Shown one piece after another: positions 1-10,986 of a stretch of 64,000 bases of DNA. The notes beneath the pieces were generated by a model. It was not told the origin of the DNA. It ran no database searches and saw nothing but the letters and a program-made list of their open reading frames with translations. This stretch comes from Alphaproteobacteria bacterium (GTDB lineage Bacteria > Pseudomonadota > Alphaproteobacteria > SP197). Each line of letters begins with the position of its first letter. Position 1 is the stretch's first letter. The position numbers were made by a program, and so were the translations under genes. Location: the NCBI GenBank assembly GCA_965221115.1, contig CBDCRU010000001.1, positions 154,983-218,982 of the forward strand, in the 5' to 3' direction.

Positions 1-5
1 CAGGG

Positions 6-185
6 TCAGGCAGGACTGTTCACGCCCGACATTCGTTCAATCTGCTCCTTGATCTGGAGTTTCCTGCGCTTGAGATCCGTGAGATGGGTCTGGTTCGGTA
101 GCGGGCGACGGGATTCATCGTGGATTTCCTGCTCGAGTGCCGCATGCCGCGCTTCCAGGACAGCCAAATCATCGGGATTTGTCAT
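6..185 (-). CDS. DUF465/YdcH-family small coiled-coil protein
   Basis: LEARHAALEQEIHDESRRPLPNQTHLTDLKRRKLQIKEQI matches the DUF465 pattern; likely start MTNPDD at 185 (ORF open to 230). Confidence 0.8.
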   Translation of the reverse strand: MTNPDDLAVLEARHAALEQEIHDESRRPLPNQTHLTDLKRRKLQIKEQIERMSGVNSPA

Positions 186-409
186 TGATTCCTCCGCCAG
201 GATTCTTGTTTCCGGCTCCATGCCGGACATTGCCGCAAGGCAAGGGCTCTGTCCGGTTCGAACCTGACGGACAGTATAGGAAGGAAGGGGCGTGGTGGCT
301 ATTGAGGAGCGGTGGATTACCGAGCGCTCGCATCCAGTGTCCGGCTGTTTCGCCGAATCGACCGAGTGTAGGATCGGGCATGGCTGCCTTCAGGGGGAGG
401 TGACGGATC

Positions 410-898
410 ATGGTCGAAGTGGGCATCATCATGGGAAGCCAGTCGGACTGGGATACCATGCGCCATGCCGCCGAAACACTGGGCGACATTGGCATCCCGC
501 ATGAGGTCAGGATCGTTTCGGCCCACCGCACGCCCGACCGGCTGTTCGCCTATGCGGAGGCCGCCCATGGCCGTGGACTGAAGGTCATCATCGCCGGTGC
601 CGGCGGCGCGGCGCATCTGCCGGGCATGACGGCCGCCAAGACCCCGCTTCCGGTGCTCGGCGTCCCTGTCGAAAGCCGGGCACTCAATGGCATGGACAGC
701 CTGCTTTCCATTGTGCAGATGCCGGCCGGAGTGCCGGTTGGCACGCTTGCCATCGGCAAGTCAGGCGCCATCAATGCCGCTCTCCTGGCCGCCGCCATCG
801 TCGGTCTTGTCAATCCGCACGTGGCCCGGGCCCTGGAGGACTGGCGGAGTGAGCAGACCGGTTCCGTGGCCGAACATCCCGACGCCGATGGACGATGA
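410..898 (+). CDS. purE: N5-carboxyaminoimidazole ribonucleotide mutase
   Basis: [30 protein letters not shown] and SLLSIVQMP motifs; SD GGAGG upstream. Confidence 0.98.
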   Translation: MVEVGIIMGSQSDWDTMRHAAETLGDIGIPHEVRIVSAHRTPDRLFAYAEAAHGRGLKVIIAGAGGAAHLPGMTAAKTPLPVLGVPVESRALNGMDSLLSIVQMPAGVPVGTLAIGKSGAINAALLAAAIVGLVNPHVARALEDWRSEQTGSVAEHPDADGR

Positions 899-1964
899 CA
901 GGCGCGTGGTGCCGCCAGGTGGCGTCATCGGCATCGTCGGAGGCGGTCAGCTCGGTCGCATGGCAGCCCTTGCCGCCGCGGCACTGGGCTACCGTTGCCA
1001 CGTGTTCTGCCCAGAAGGGGAGAGCCCCGCCGTGGACGTGGCCCACGCCGCGACCATCGGAGCATACGATGATGCCGACAGTATCGAGACCTTTGCCTCG
1101 GCGGTGGATGTCATCACCTTCGAGTTCGAGAACCTGCCGGTGGCCTCCTTTCGGCGCATGGACCGGCATGCACCGGTGCGTCCCCACTGGCGTTGCCTGG
1201 AGATGACCCAGCACCGGGTGAGCGAGAAGGACTTCCTGACCAGCCAGGGGTGCGCCACCGCACCCTACGCCGCTCTTCCCGGGCCTGGTGAGAGGCTCGC
1301 GACAACCGGCAGCCCGGCGATCCTCAAGACAGCGCGCATGGGCTATGACGGCAAGGGTCAGGTTCGCGTCAGTTGCCAGCAGGAACTCGAGGATGCCTGG
1401 GGGGCCATGGGGCACCGGGACGCCATCCTGGAAGGCGTCGTCGACTTCACCATGGAGATCTCGTCCATCGTCGCCCGCGACAACCATGGCACCATCCGGG
1501 CATTCGATGTCGTCCGGAACACCCATCGCGACGGCATCCTCGCGGAGACCCGGGCGCCTGCACCCCTCCCCGGGGACGTGACTGATGCCGCCATTGCCAT
1601 GGCCGGCCGGCTGGCGGAGGCTCTCGGCCTCGTCGGCCTCCTGGCGGTGGAGATGTTCGTTGCTCCAGGCAATCGTCTTCTGGTGAACGAACTTGCCGCA
1701 AGGCCACACAATTCAGGGCACTGGACCATCGATGCCTGCCGCACCAGCCAGTTCGAACAGTTCATCCGCGCCGTGGCCGGATTGCCCTTGGGCGATCCGT
1801 CACGCCACAGCGACGCCGTGATGACCAATCTTCTGGGTGACGACGCATCCTCCTGGCGCGACATTCTCGACGAGGGCGATGCCAAGCTTCACCTCTACGG
1901 CAAGACCCGGGCGCTACCGGGCCGCAAGATGGGCCACGTCACGAGGCTGTTTCCACTGGAGTGA
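888..1964 (+). CDS. purK: N5-carboxyaminoimidazole ribonucleotide synthase
   Basis: [38 protein letters not shown] and GRKMGH motifs; ATG at 888 overlaps the end of purE. Confidence 0.97.
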   Translation: MDDDRRVVPPGGVIGIVGGGQLGRMAALAAAALGYRCHVFCPEGESPAVDVAHAATIGAYDDADSIETFASAVDVITFEFENLPVASFRRMDRHAPVRPHWRCLEMTQHRVSEKDFLTSQGCATAPYAALPGPGERLATTGSPAILKTARMGYDGKGQVRVSCQQELEDAWGAMGHRDAILEGVVDFTMEISSIVARDNHGTIRAFDVVRNTHRDGILAETRAPAPLPGDVTDAAIAMAGRLAEALGLVGLLAVEMFVAPGNRLLVNELAARPHNSGHWTIDACRTSQFEQFIRAVAGLPLGDPSRHSDAVMTNLLGDDASSWRDILDEGDAKLHLYGKTRALPGRKMGHVTRLFPLE

Positions 1965-2178
1965 GTCACTCGTCACCCCCCGAAAGAACGCAGGGCGGAG
2001 GCGGCATCAAGCCGGCATTGTCAGAAGCCCCACTCGCTTGCTCGGGCAGGGCGCGGCCTCGGCAAGCCGAAGAAAGCGCTCCGGAGAGGATCGCTGTCTG
2101 CTACGCTGATCGACGTCGCCCGGTCCTGATCGTGTTGATGGGACCGAGAAAAGGACATCCGTCGTTGGAGTTTCCCGA

Positions 2179-2691
2179 ATGAACGTGGAACTCATCAAGG
2201 CGATTCTCGTCCTTCCAGGGACGGCGCTCGTCTATGTTCCCGGAGTTCTGCTCTGGATTGCGGCCGGAACCTCGGCGGACATGGTGCCGGCAGAGGTCAG
2301 CGAGACGAGATTCTGGATCGGCATCATTGTGGCCTTGATCGGACTCGTCATCGCCGTTTGGACCGTCAGACTGTTCCTGACCGTGGGCAAGGGGACGCCA
2401 GCCCCATGGGCGCCGCCGCAGAGACTGGTCGTGCACGGTCCCTACCGCCACGTGCGAAACCCGATGATCACGGGCGTCCTCCTGATGCTCGGCGGCGAAT
2501 CGCTCGTCCTTGGCTCATGGCCTGTCGCGGGATGGATGCTTGGCTTCTTCCTCCTCAATTCTCTCTACTTCGTGCTGGTGGAGGAGCCGGGCCTCGAGCG
2601 ACAGCTCGGCAATGACTATCGGCACTACAAGGCAAACGTACCGCGCTGGATCCCCAGGCTGACACCATGGGAGCTAAACCAGGATCGATGA
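2179..2691 (+). CDS. isoprenylcysteine carboxyl methyltransferase / PEMT-family membrane methyltransferase
   Basis: GKGTPAPWAPPQRLVVHGPYRHVRNPM...EEPGL...Y..Y..NVPRWIP; several TM helices. Confidence 0.88.
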   Translation: MNVELIKAILVLPGTALVYVPGVLLWIAAGTSADMVPAEVSETRFWIGIIVALIGLVIAVWTVRLFLTVGKGTPAPWAPPQRLVVHGPYRHVRNPMITGVLLMLGGESLVLGSWPVAGWMLGFFLLNSLYFVLVEEPGLERQLGNDYRHYKANVPRWIPRLTPWELNQDR

Positions 2692-2814
2692 GCGAGCCGC
2701 CCGTGCGCGGGCGACCGGCACCGTTAAACGTCCGACCGGCTTCCGTATCGCGTGTGAAACCCGGCGCCGACGACGCGTCAGCAGGCTTGGCTGGTCATGG
2801 CAACGCCGGTTCCG

Positions 2815-3468
2815 TCATCGGTTGGGACGGCAGCCGGAAAAGGGCGACCGTGACATCGCGAAACGGGTTATCGGTCCCGGTCGCAGCCGGGGCAGGCGTG
2901 GTTTCAGCCTGCCGATGGACATGACATCGGAGATGCGGCGGTCGAGAAAGGCCCAGGTCCGTTCACGGTCCGGGCTGTCGTCGTTGAGCCAGCACAGCAG
3001 CGTGGCCGCATGGACGCCCGCCAGCAGAAGGCGCTTCGTGTAGTAATTGAAGTCGGTCGCCGAGTCTCCGGCGGCATGCCAGATGGTGTCGGCCGTACGC
3101 CACAGCGCCCTGGCGCCGGAGGGGCCGGTCTTCACCGCGGTGGCCCGCAGCACTGCTTCGCGATGTCCGTCATCGACCTCAAGGCGGATTCTCACAGCCG
3201 TGGCGATGCGGTCGCGCACCCTCATCTCGTCCAGGTTGATCCGGGAGAGTTCGTCGAGCATGGCGCGGTCGCCCTCGGCGAGGAAGAAGGACACCATCTC
3301 GTCGGCCCCTTTCGGAAACAGTCGCTTCTCCTCGCCGTCCGCCATGCCGGCATCGGCTGCACCGGCATCGATCGACGCGCGGGTCCATCCATCAAACGGC
3401 ACGTGGGGAAGGGTGGCGGCAAGGAGGCGGCGCCGGAGATCGTGCCTGGTGGCGGATTCCGTCGTCAT
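2815..3468 (-). CDS. COQ9-family protein (rpsU-divergently transcribed protein)
   Basis: HVPFDGW, ADTIWHAAGDSATDFNYYTKR and TWAFLDRRI motifs; near rpsU. Confidence 0.92.
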   Translation of the reverse strand: MTTESATRHDLRRRLLAATLPHVPFDGWTRASIDAGAADAGMADGEEKRLFPKGADEMVSFFLAEGDRAMLDELSRINLDEMRVRDRIATAVRIRLEVDDGHREAVLRATAVKTGPSGARALWRTADTIWHAAGDSATDFNYYTKRLLLAGVHAATLLCWLNDDSPDRERTWAFLDRRISDVMSIGRLKPRLPRLRPGPITRFAMSRSPFSGCRPNR

Positions 3469-3983
3469 GACTCGTCCTCATCGACACGCCAGTGCCGCTC
3501 CGAATTGAAGATGAGGTGTCGCATGTCCGTCATCCGCTGCGGGTAGAGGATGCCGTCGAGATGGTCGAATTCGTGCTGGATCACCACCGCATGGTAGTCG
3601 TCCACGGTCCTTGAGATCTCTCGACCGTCAGGCGTGGTGCCGGAATAGCTCACCTGAGGCGCCCGCGGAACGAGCCCCTGCAACCCGGGGAGCGAGAGGC
3701 ATCCCTCCCAGCCTTCCACACGCTCGTCCGTGAGGATCTCGTGGCGGGGATTGACAAGCGCCAGGACCGGTTCGTCCTCCGGGGCATCGGGAGGCATGAA
3801 GACGACGATGCGCAAGGGAACATGAACCTGAGGTGCGGCGAGACCCACGCCGCCCGCATCGCGCATGGTCTCGATCATGTCTGCGACGAGCAGGCGCACC
3901 TCGGGCGCCGTCGGGTCCGCCACCTCTTCGGCGCGCCCGGCCAGCACCGGATGTCCCATGCGCGCAATCTTCAGCAAGGCCAC
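3465..3983 (-). CDS. def: peptide deformylase
   Basis: GVGLAAPQ, EGCLS and QHEFDHLDG motifs; GTG start at 3983 preceded by SD GAGGAG. Confidence 0.97.
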   Translation of the reverse strand: MALLKIARMGHPVLAGRAEEVADPTAPEVRLLVADMIETMRDAGGVGLAAPQVHVPLRIVVFMPPDAPEDEPVLALVNPRHEILTDERVEGWEGCLSLPGLQGLVPRAPQVSYSGTTPDGREISRTVDDYHAVVIQHEFDHLDGILYPQRMTDMRHLIFNSERHWRVDEDES

Positions 3984-4303
3984 CGGATGCACTCCTCGCC
4001 CATTACCATGCCGCCTTCAAGGTAGCGGCAGCCGAATCCGGTGCGGGCGGTGAAGACATGCCCGGCCGAAGGCGCCGGAAAATGCTGTGTCAGCATGGCG
4101 ATATCGGTGTCGGCCGGTTGTTTGAGGACGCGGCGACGGGTCGCCGCCGCCATCACCGGATCGATGGCAGCCGGCAACAGCCACTCCAGGCAGGGTTCCT
4201 GCGCCTCGGGCGTGGCGTCGGGAAAGTCCAGATGGGGGACATTGCCGATGTCCGTAGACTCCTCGATCCGGTCGAGGCGGATATCTCCAAGCATCGCCAT
4301 CAT
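3971..4303 (-). pseudogene. internally deleted MBL-fold metallo-hydrolase remnant
   Basis: N-terminus LGDIRLDRIEE...FPDATPEA..LEWLLPAAIDP is joined directly to C-terminus DPVMAAATRRRVL..ADTDIAMLTQHFPAPSAGHV; no HxHxDH motif. Confidence 0.6.
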
Positions 4304-4418
4304 CGGCTCCCTCGCCCATGCACCCTTCACAAGCGCCGTGGTGCCATGGTAATAGCACACGGGTGAGCCTATCACGATGCCGGCCGTTCCGGGCGGCCGA
4401 ACCTTGAGGAGAAGACCC

Positions 4419-4628
4419 ATCGTTCACATCATTGTCCGCGACAACAATGTCGACCAGGCCCTGCGGGCGCTGAAGAAGAAGCTGCAGCGCGAGGGCGTCT
4501 ATCGTGAAATGAAACTGCGCCGCCACTTCGAGAAGCCGTCGGAGAAGAAGAAGCGCGAGCGCGCCGAAGGCGTGCGCCGGGCCCGCAAGATGGCCCGCAA
4601 GCGGGCTCTGAGAGAAGGCAACGCCTGA
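4419..4628 (+). CDS. rpsU: 30S ribosomal protein bS21
   Basis: [22 protein letters not shown]...[10 protein letters not shown]; start codon uncertain (ATC 4419 or GTT 4422 after SD GAGGAG, or TTG 4404). Confidence 0.97.
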   Translation: MVHIIVRDNNVDQALRALKKKLQREGVYREMKLRRHFEKPSEKKKRERAEGVRRARKMARKRALREGNA

Positions 4629-4634
4629 CTCTCC

Positions 4635-6020
4635 CTACAGTCCCTTCACAATATCCTCGACCATCTTCCTCGCATCCGCGAACAGCATCATGGTGTTGTC
4701 GCGGTAGAACAGCGGATTGTCGATTCCGGCGTATCCCGGCGACAGCGATCGCTTGATCACCATGACGGCGGCCGCATTCTCCGCATTGAGCACCGGCATG
4801 CCGGCAATCGGACACGATGGATCGGTCTTGGCCAGGGGATTGCAGACATCGTTGGCGCCGATCACGAAGGCGACGTCGGCCGTGGCGAACTGTGAATTGA
4901 TTTCCTCGAGTTCGAAGACCTCGTCATAGGGAATGTTGGCTTCGGCGAGCAGGACGTTCATGTGCCCGGGCATGCGCCCGGCGACGGGATGGATGGCGTA
5001 GGCCACCTCGACGCCGTTGTCCTTGAGCTTGTCGGCCATGTCCCTCAGGGCGTGCTGCGCCTGGGCCACCGCCATGCCGTACCCGGGAACGATGATCGCC
5101 TTGCGGGCGTTCTGAAGGATAAAGGCCGCATCGTCGGCGCTGCCCTGGTTCACCTTGCGCTGGCCGGCGGCCGTATCCACCGATCCGGAACCACCGAATC
5201 CTCCCAGGATGACGTTGAAAAAGGAGCGGTTCATGCCCTTGCACATGATGTAGCTCAGGATGGCGCCGGAGGAACCGACGAGGGCGCCGGTGATGATGAG
5301 AAGCTCGTTTTCGAGGGTGAAGCCGATACCGGCTGCCGCCCAGCCGGAGTAGCTGTTCAGCATGGAAACAACCACTGGCATGTCCGCACCGCCGATCGGG
5401 ACGATGAGGGTGACACCGATCAGGAAGGCCAGCGCGGCGACAATCCAGAAAGCGCCCGCGTTGCCGTTGGCGGCAAACCACACGCCGCTGGCTGCCATGA
5501 CGAGGCCGATCAGCAGGTTGAGAAGATGCTGTCCCCGGAACACCATTGGCGTGCCGGACACCAGTCCCTGGAGCTTGGCGAAGGCGACCACGGAACCGGA
5601 AAAGGTCACGGCGCCGATCGCCATGCCGAGGATCATCTCGATCCTGCTGGCGAGCCGGATGGTGCCGTCGGCGCCGACAATGCCGTAGGCTTCCGGGGAA
5701 TAGAGCGCTGCTGCAGCGACGAGAACGGCAGCCAGGCCCACCAGGCTGTGAAAGGCCGCCACCAGTTGCGGCATCGCCGTCATCCGGATGTTGAAGGCGA
5801 TGGCCGTGCCGATGGCGCCGCCGATGACAAGACCGCCGATGATCCACCAGTAGGACATAACGGAGGGATCGGCAATCGTCACCGCCACGGCGATGACCAT
5901 GCCGATCATGCCGATGAGATTGCCCCGGCGCGATGATCCCGGTGCCGAGAGGCCCTTCAGCGCCAGGATGAAGCAGACCGCCGCAACCAGATAGGCAAGA
6001 GCAGCCAGGTCGGCGGTCAT
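4635..6020 (-). CDS. pntB: NAD(P) transhydrogenase subunit beta
   Basis: [43 protein letters not shown] and [18 protein letters not shown] motifs. Confidence 0.98.
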   Translation of the reverse strand: MTADLAALAYLVAAVCFILALKGLSAPGSSRRGNLIGMIGMVIAVAVTIADPSVMSYWWIIGGLVIGGAIGTAIAFNIRMTAMPQLVAAFHSLVGLAAVLVAAAALYSPEAYGIVGADGTIRLASRIEMILGMAIGAVTFSGSVVAFAKLQGLVSGTPMVFRGQHLLNLLIGLVMAASGVWFAANGNAGAFWIVAALAFLIGVTLIVPIGGADMPVVVSMLNSYSGWAAAGIGFTLENELLIITGALVGSSGAILSYIMCKGMNRSFFNVILGGFGGSGSVDTAAGQRKVNQGSADDAAFILQNARKAIIVPGYGMAVAQAQHALRDMADKLKDNGVEVAYAIHPVAGRMPGHMNVLLAEANIPYDEVFELEEINSQFATADVAFVIGANDVCNPLAKTDPSCPIAGMPVLNAENAAAVMVIKRSLSPGYAGIDNPLFYRDNTMMLFADARKMVEDIVKGL

Positions 6021-6331
6021 GGATCCTGCCCCCTGGCGCCGTCCTTCCTGCGGAACATCTCCAGCATGCGCTGGGTCACTGCAAAGCCGCCGAAGATGTT
6101 GATGGCCGCCAGGGTGACGGCGATGAAACCGAGGACTCCCGAAAGATCCATTCCTTCCGGGCCGGCGGCGATCAGCGCGCCGACGATGATGACGCTGGAA
6201 ATCGCGTTGGTGACCGACATCAGGGGCGTATGAAGTGCCGGAGTCACGGCCCAGACCACGTGGTACCCGACAAAGATGGCGAGCACGAAGATCGTCAGCC
6301 GGAAGAAAAGCGGATCGACAGCGGCTTCCAT
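6017..6331 (-). CDS. pntAb: NAD(P) transhydrogenase alpha subunit, part 2 (membrane)
   Basis: [18 protein letters not shown] and [16 protein letters not shown] motifs. Confidence 0.96.
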   Translation of the reverse strand: MEAAVDPLFFRLTIFVLAIFVGYHVVWAVTPALHTPLMSVTNAISSVIIVGALIAAGPEGMDLSGVLGFIAVTLAAINIFGGFAVTQRMLEMFRRKDGARGQDP

Positions 6332-6335
6332 GGTC

Positions 6336-7484
6336 TCAGCTCTCCTTCGTGTCGCAGAGCAGGGGGTGGACAAGCACGCCGTCACGCATCACGCACATTC
6401 CGCTGATCACCTCGTCTGCGTGATCAAGCGCCAGGCACCCGGTTTCGGTATCGATGAAGGGCGTGATGAGGTTGAAGAGGTTGCGTGCATAGAAGGTCGA
6501 GGCATCGGCTGCCAGACGTCCCGCCACGTTGGAGAATCCGACAATGGTGACACCGTCGGCATCCACCACCTCGTCACGACTGCTGCCATCGCAGTTGCCG
6601 CCGTCCTCCACCGCGAGATCGACGATGACGGAACCGGGTTTCATGTTCCGGACCATGGCGTCGGTCACAAGCCTCGGCGCCGGGCGCCCGGGGATGCGCG
6701 CGGTTGTGATGCAGATGTCGGCCTTCTTCAGGGCGCCTGCGATCACCTCGGCCTGCCGGGCGAGATAGTCATCATCCATCTCCCGGGCATAACCTTCCTT
6801 GGTTTCGGCGTCACCGGTGCCGGGCACCTCCACGAAGCTGGCGCCAAGACTCTCCACCTCCTCCTTCACAGCTGCCCGTACATCGAAGGCCTCGACCACG
6901 GCGCCGAGTCGCCGTGCGGTTGCAATGGCCTGAAGCCCCGCCACGCCGGCGCCAAGAATCAGCACCCGCGCAGGCGCGATGGTGCCGGCGGCCGTCATCA
7001 TCATGGGCATGGCGCGGCCGAAGAACATGCAGGCGTCCAGCACCGCCTTGTAGCCGGCCAGGCTGGCCTGGGAGGTCAGGGCGTCCATGGCCTGGGCACG
7101 GCTGATTCTGGGGATCAGTTCCATGGCCAGCACGGTGAGCCGCCGGGCGGCGTAGCCGGCGTACTGTTCGCGGTCGACGAGGGGATTGATGAGACCGACG
7201 ACGACACATCCTTCGGGGATGTGGGCCACCTCGTCGATGTCATCCGTGGTGACCGGCCGGTTGACCTTGAAGACGACATCGGCACCGGCCAGTACATCGT
7301 CGGCATCGGCGGAGACGATGGCCCCGGCCTGGAGGAACGTGTCGTCGGTCCATCCGGCGGTCTCGCCCGCTCCCGCTTCAATGGCAACTGCGACACCCTG
7401 GTTCTTCAGCCTTCTGACCATGTCCGGGGAGGCGGCAACCCTGGTCTCGCCGGGATGACGCTCCCGCAATACTGCACACTTCAT
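6336..7484 (-). CDS. pntAa: NAD(P) transhydrogenase alpha subunit, part 1 (dI domain)
   Basis: [33 protein letters not shown] and [11 protein letters not shown] motifs. Confidence 0.96.
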   Translation of the reverse strand: MKCAVLRERHPGETRVAASPDMVRRLKNQGVAVAIEAGAGETAGWTDDTFLQAGAIVSADADDVLAGADVVFKVNRPVTTDDIDEVAHIPEGCVVVGLINPLVDREQYAGYAARRLTVLAMELIPRISRAQAMDALTSQASLAGYKAVLDACMFFGRAMPMMMTAAGTIAPARVLILGAGVAGLQAIATARRLGAVVEAFDVRAAVKEEVESLGASFVEVPGTGDAETKEGYAREMDDDYLARQAEVIAGALKKADICITTARIPGRPAPRLVTDAMVRNMKPGSVIVDLAVEDGGNCDGSSRDEVVDADGVTIVGFSNVAGRLAADASTFYARNLFNLITPFIDTETGCLALDHADEVISGMCVMRDGVLVHPLLCDTKES

Positions 7485-7565
7485 CGGCTGTCCGGATGAC
7501 TGGGTGACGGGCGCCACATCTTGGCGAAGACACCGGACAATGTGAAGGGGAGGGTGGTGATACTG

Positions 7566-8255
7566 TCAGGTTCCATCGGACGGTCCCGCACCCTCGCTTC
7601 TCGACCGCTCGCTCGAAGGCACCAGTGTTTTGCCATAGTAGGCGAGAATGCCAGACCAGGCCGCACCGTCGACAGGAATCCCTTCATCCAGCACCGTCCC
7701 TCTTCCCTCCTCGATGGCATGCAGGGGGGCCGAGGAGGACATGGTGGCGCTCGGGGCATTCGCCACGACCGTCACTGCTGCCCGGCCACGAGTGCAATCC
7801 CCTTCCAGAGCCGCTATTCCTCCGGCGATGTCGATGACCGACGCAGTGCTTCCATGCCAGGAAAGGCGGGCGTGATCTCTATCGGCTGCGGCGACGGCTC
7901 CCGCAAGCAGAAGCGGCACATCCACCTCCTCGACATGGAGCGCCACGGGTTCGGCCGGCGTCATGGAGAGCCGGTCGGTGATGACAGGGCCGGCGAAGAG
8001 CGCTGACACCATCCTGCCGTCGCGACAAGCGAGGCGATTGTCCCGGATCCCCAAGTCACCGCTGCTCTCGCGCCTGGCCAGGGCATCGAGCGCCGGCAGT
8101 ACTGCCCTGGCCGGGTCAAATCGGATGAAGGCAAGCCACGCCGCATTGGCGGCAATCTCCTCACAGATGCCGGCGGGGGCGCCGGCACCGGCGGCGGCTC
8201 GGGAGAAATGGAAGAGAATCTCGTTGAGCGAGAGAAGGACAGGAGACGTTGCCAT
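7566..8255 (-). CDS. DUF3726-like protein of unknown function
   Basis: N-terminal LSLNEI...RAAAGAG.P.G..EE.A...AWL and C-terminal PSSERSRSEGAG resemble DUF3726 proteins. Confidence 0.7.
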   Translation of the reverse strand: MATSPVLLSLNEILFHFSRAAAGAGAPAGICEEIAANAAWLAFIRFDPARAVLPALDALARRESSGDLGIRDNRLACRDGRMVSALFAGPVITDRLSMTPAEPVALHVEEVDVPLLLAGAVAAADRDHARLSWHGSTASVIDIAGGIAALEGDCTRGRAAVTVVANAPSATMSSSAPLHAIEEGRGTVLDEGIPVDGAAWSGILAYYGKTLVPSSERSRSEGAGPSDGT

Positions 8256-8617
8256 GCCAGACTCTAGGCGGAACCCCATCGGCGCTCAACTTATCCAACT
8301 CACTGTATCAGCGAAGTAACTGTCGTGTTTCGGGTATGTAAACCGGCATGTTGTTCCCACAGTGGCTGCCCCATGGCTCTCAACATCGAACGCATTTCCA
8401 AGCAGGCCGACAAGCCCGCCGTGTTGCTCGGACAGGCCTGTCCGGAACCGAACCCGGTTGTCGAACTGCCGAGCCGACACACCGTACTTGCAAGGCAGAC
8501 CCGGCCTGCGATCCCGTGCCCTGGCTGAACCCATGATAGGCGGTCCCGATCGACCTGAAACGTTCGGGGCAATTTGTCCCATGCCGGGCGCCGTCCGTGT
8601 GGTCAACGGCCCGATTG

Positions 8618-9634
8618 TCAGGATGCGGGGGCGTACCTGACGTTGGCCTGACCTGCAAGCCGGTTGTCGGTCGATCTGATCAGCACCGTCTCGCCGTTCA
8701 GAAGTTCACGACACCGTTCAAGGGTCTCGCATTCGAGGCGCGCCATCGCCTGGCGTGTGTAGAAGGCAAGGTGCGGTGTGAGAATGACGTTCGGCACGCC
8801 GTAGAGATCGGACAGGGGGTGCCCCTTGCGTGCCAGGGGCTCGTTGTCGAAGACATCCAGTCCGGCGCCGGCGATCCGGTGCTCCAGGAGTGCCTCGACG
8901 AGTGCCGTCTCGTCAATGATGGCGCCGCGCGAGACATTGACGAGGACCGCCGTCGGCTTCATCAGGGCGAGTTCGCGGGCGCCGATCATGCCCCGGGTGG
9001 TGCTGTCGAGAACCGCCAGCACCGCCACCGCATCGGCCGCCGCCATGAGATCGTCGAGGGTATCGAGCTTCACGACGCCGAGTGCCTTCATGTCGGCGGC
9101 GGATACGAAAGGGTCATAGGCCACGACGCGGGCGCGAAAGCCGCATCCGGCCATGCGCGCCAGGCTGCGGCCGATCCTGCCAAGTCCGACAATGCCGATC
9201 GTCTGGCCGGCGATGTCCGATCCGATCCAGGCTGGTTCCGGCCAGGCCCAGCCGTGTTGTTGCATGTGACGATGGAGATCCGGCAGGCGCCTGGCGAGGG
9301 CGATGATGAGGGCGAAGGCAGCTTCGGCCACGGTTTGCTCGGCGTAGGTCGGGATGTTGACCACCGTGATGCCGCGACGCCTTGCCGCCGCAATGTCGAT
9401 CGCATCGATGCCGACACCATACTTGACGATTCCGCGCAGACGGGTGGCGGCGGCGATGGCCTTTTCCGTGACGGGGGTGTAGCACACGAGGAGGATGTCG
9501 GCGTCGACCAGGGCCTCGATCAGCCGCGCTTCGGGAATGGCGTGGGGCAACAGGAGAAGTTCGTGTCCGTCCCGGCGGATCTCTTCGTCGATACGCGGCG
9601 TGTCGATCTCGCAATCGGTCCGGACGATCCTCAT
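8618..9634 (-). CDS. D-2-hydroxyacid dehydrogenase-fold protein; probable PbfF-type 2-amino-1-hydroxyethylphosphonate racemase
   Basis: KYGVGIDAID, GIVGLGRIG, NVSRGAIIDE, AGLDVF and TPHLAF motifs; ATGA overlap with pbfA; last gene of the phosphonate operon. Confidence 0.8.
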   Translation of the reverse strand: MRIVRTDCEIDTPRIDEEIRRDGHELLLLPHAIPEARLIEALVDADILLVCYTPVTEKAIAAATRLRGIVKYGVGIDAIDIAAARRRGITVVNIPTYAEQTVAEAAFALIIALARRLPDLHRHMQQHGWAWPEPAWIGSDIAGQTIGIVGLGRIGRSLARMAGCGFRARVVAYDPFVSAADMKALGVVKLDTLDDLMAAADAVAVLAVLDSTTRGMIGARELALMKPTAVLVNVSRGAIIDETALVEALLEHRIAGAGLDVFDNEPLARKGHPLSDLYGVPNVILTPHLAFYTRQAMARLECETLERCRELLNGETVLIRSTDNRLAGQANVRYAPAS

Positions 9635-10986
9635 CGATGGCTGCCCTCGTGGTCGATCGCCTGTTCGACGACATCGAGGGCCCGGTCGAGATCCTCCCTG
9701 GAGATCACGAGCGGTGGCGACAGGGTGAGAACGCACCCCTGGCTGATCTTGAAGCTCACGCCGCCCTCGAGGCAGCGGTAGAAGATCCGCTCGGCGGCTT
9801 CGTGATTCTCCTGGCGTGTCGCCCGGTCCTTCACGATCTCGACCCCGAGCATCAGGCCGCGGCCGCGCACATCGCCGACGAGGGGCTGGCCGGCGGCGAA
9901 GGAGCGCAGCCTCGCCAAGGCATGGGCGCCGAGGTCCGCGGCCCTCTCGACGAGCCCCTCCTCCTCGATGACCTCGAGAGTGGCGAGGGCCGCCGCCGCC
10001 GTCACCGGGTTCTTCTCGTGAGTGTAGTGACCGATGGCGAAGTCGCCGCCGACATCGAGGCCGGGACGCGCCAGGCAGGCTGCGATCGGAAGAACGCCTC
10101 CGCCCAGGGCCTTGCCCAGGGTGACGATGTCGGGAACGACATCGTCGTGTTCACAGGCGAACATCCGGCCGGTCTTCCCGAGGCCGGTGGGAATCTCGTC
10201 GAGGATCAGCAGGGCGCCGTGGCGATCGCAGGCCTCCCGCACTGCTTTCCAGAATCCGGGCGGCGGAACATGGGGAACCGCCCGCATGGGTTCGCCGATG
10301 ACGGCGGCAACGTCGCCCTCGCGCTCGAGCACATAGTCGACCATCCGCGCGCAGGCCAGGCCGCAGACATGGGGCCCGGCATGGCTGTAGGGGCAACGGT
10401 AGCAGGCGAACGGCGCCACGTGTTCCGTGCCCGGCAGCAGCGGTCCGGCGATATGGCTGCGAAAGGTCGCCTCACCGCCGATCGCCGCCGCTCCCAGTCC
10501 GGCGCCGTGGAAAGAGTCCCAGAAAGAAACGGTCTTGAAGCGCCCCGTTGCTGCGCGGGCGATCTTGAGGGCCACCTCGTTGGCGTCGGAGCCTCCAGTG
10601 GTGAACAGCACCTTCGCGATCCCGCCTGGCGCGAGTTCGCCCAGCCGCTCGGCGAGACGGATGGCCGGCTCGTTGGTGAAGCGGCGTGGTGAAAACGGCA
10701 AGGCGTCGAGCTGGGCCTTGATCGCCGCGATGACCCTGGGGTGACCGTAGCCGATGTGATGGACGGAGTTGCCGTGAAAGTCCATGAAACGGCGCCCGTC
10801 GTGGTCCTCGATCCATATGCCTTCGGCACGCCGGATGGTCGTCAGGCAGGGCGTGGAGAGACTCTGGTGCAGGAAGGCGCCGGCATCGCGCTCGAGAAGA
10901 GGCGAGGAACGGTTGCCTGATGCCCAGGCGCGTCGTGCCGCCGAGAGATTGGACTCGCCTTCCCCGTGTACGGCCGGGCCGGTCAT
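9631..10986 (-). CDS. pbfA: (R)-1-hydroxy-2-aminoethylphosphonate ammonia-lyase (class III aminotransferase fold)
   Basis: [38 protein letters not shown] and GHYTHEKNP motifs; lies in the phnWAY operon. Confidence 0.88.
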   Translation of the reverse strand: MTGPAVHGEGESNLSAARRAWASGNRSSPLLERDAGAFLHQSLSTPCLTTIRRAEGIWIEDHDGRRFMDFHGNSVHHIGYGHPRVIAAIKAQLDALPFSPRRFTNEPAIRLAERLGELAPGGIAKVLFTTGGSDANEVALKIARAATGRFKTVSFWDSFHGAGLGAAAIGGEATFRSHIAGPLLPGTEHVAPFACYRCPYSHAGPHVCGLACARMVDYVLEREGDVAAVIGEPMRAVPHVPPPGFWKAVREACDRHGALLILDEIPTGLGKTGRMFACEHDDVVPDIVTLGKALGGGVLPIAACLARPGLDVGGDFAIGHYTHEKNPVTAAAALATLEVIEEEGLVERAADLGAHALARLRSFAAGQPLVGDVRGRGLMLGVEIVKDRATRQENHEAAERIFYRCLEGGVSFKISQGCVLTLSPPLVISREDLDRALDVVEQAIDHEGSHR

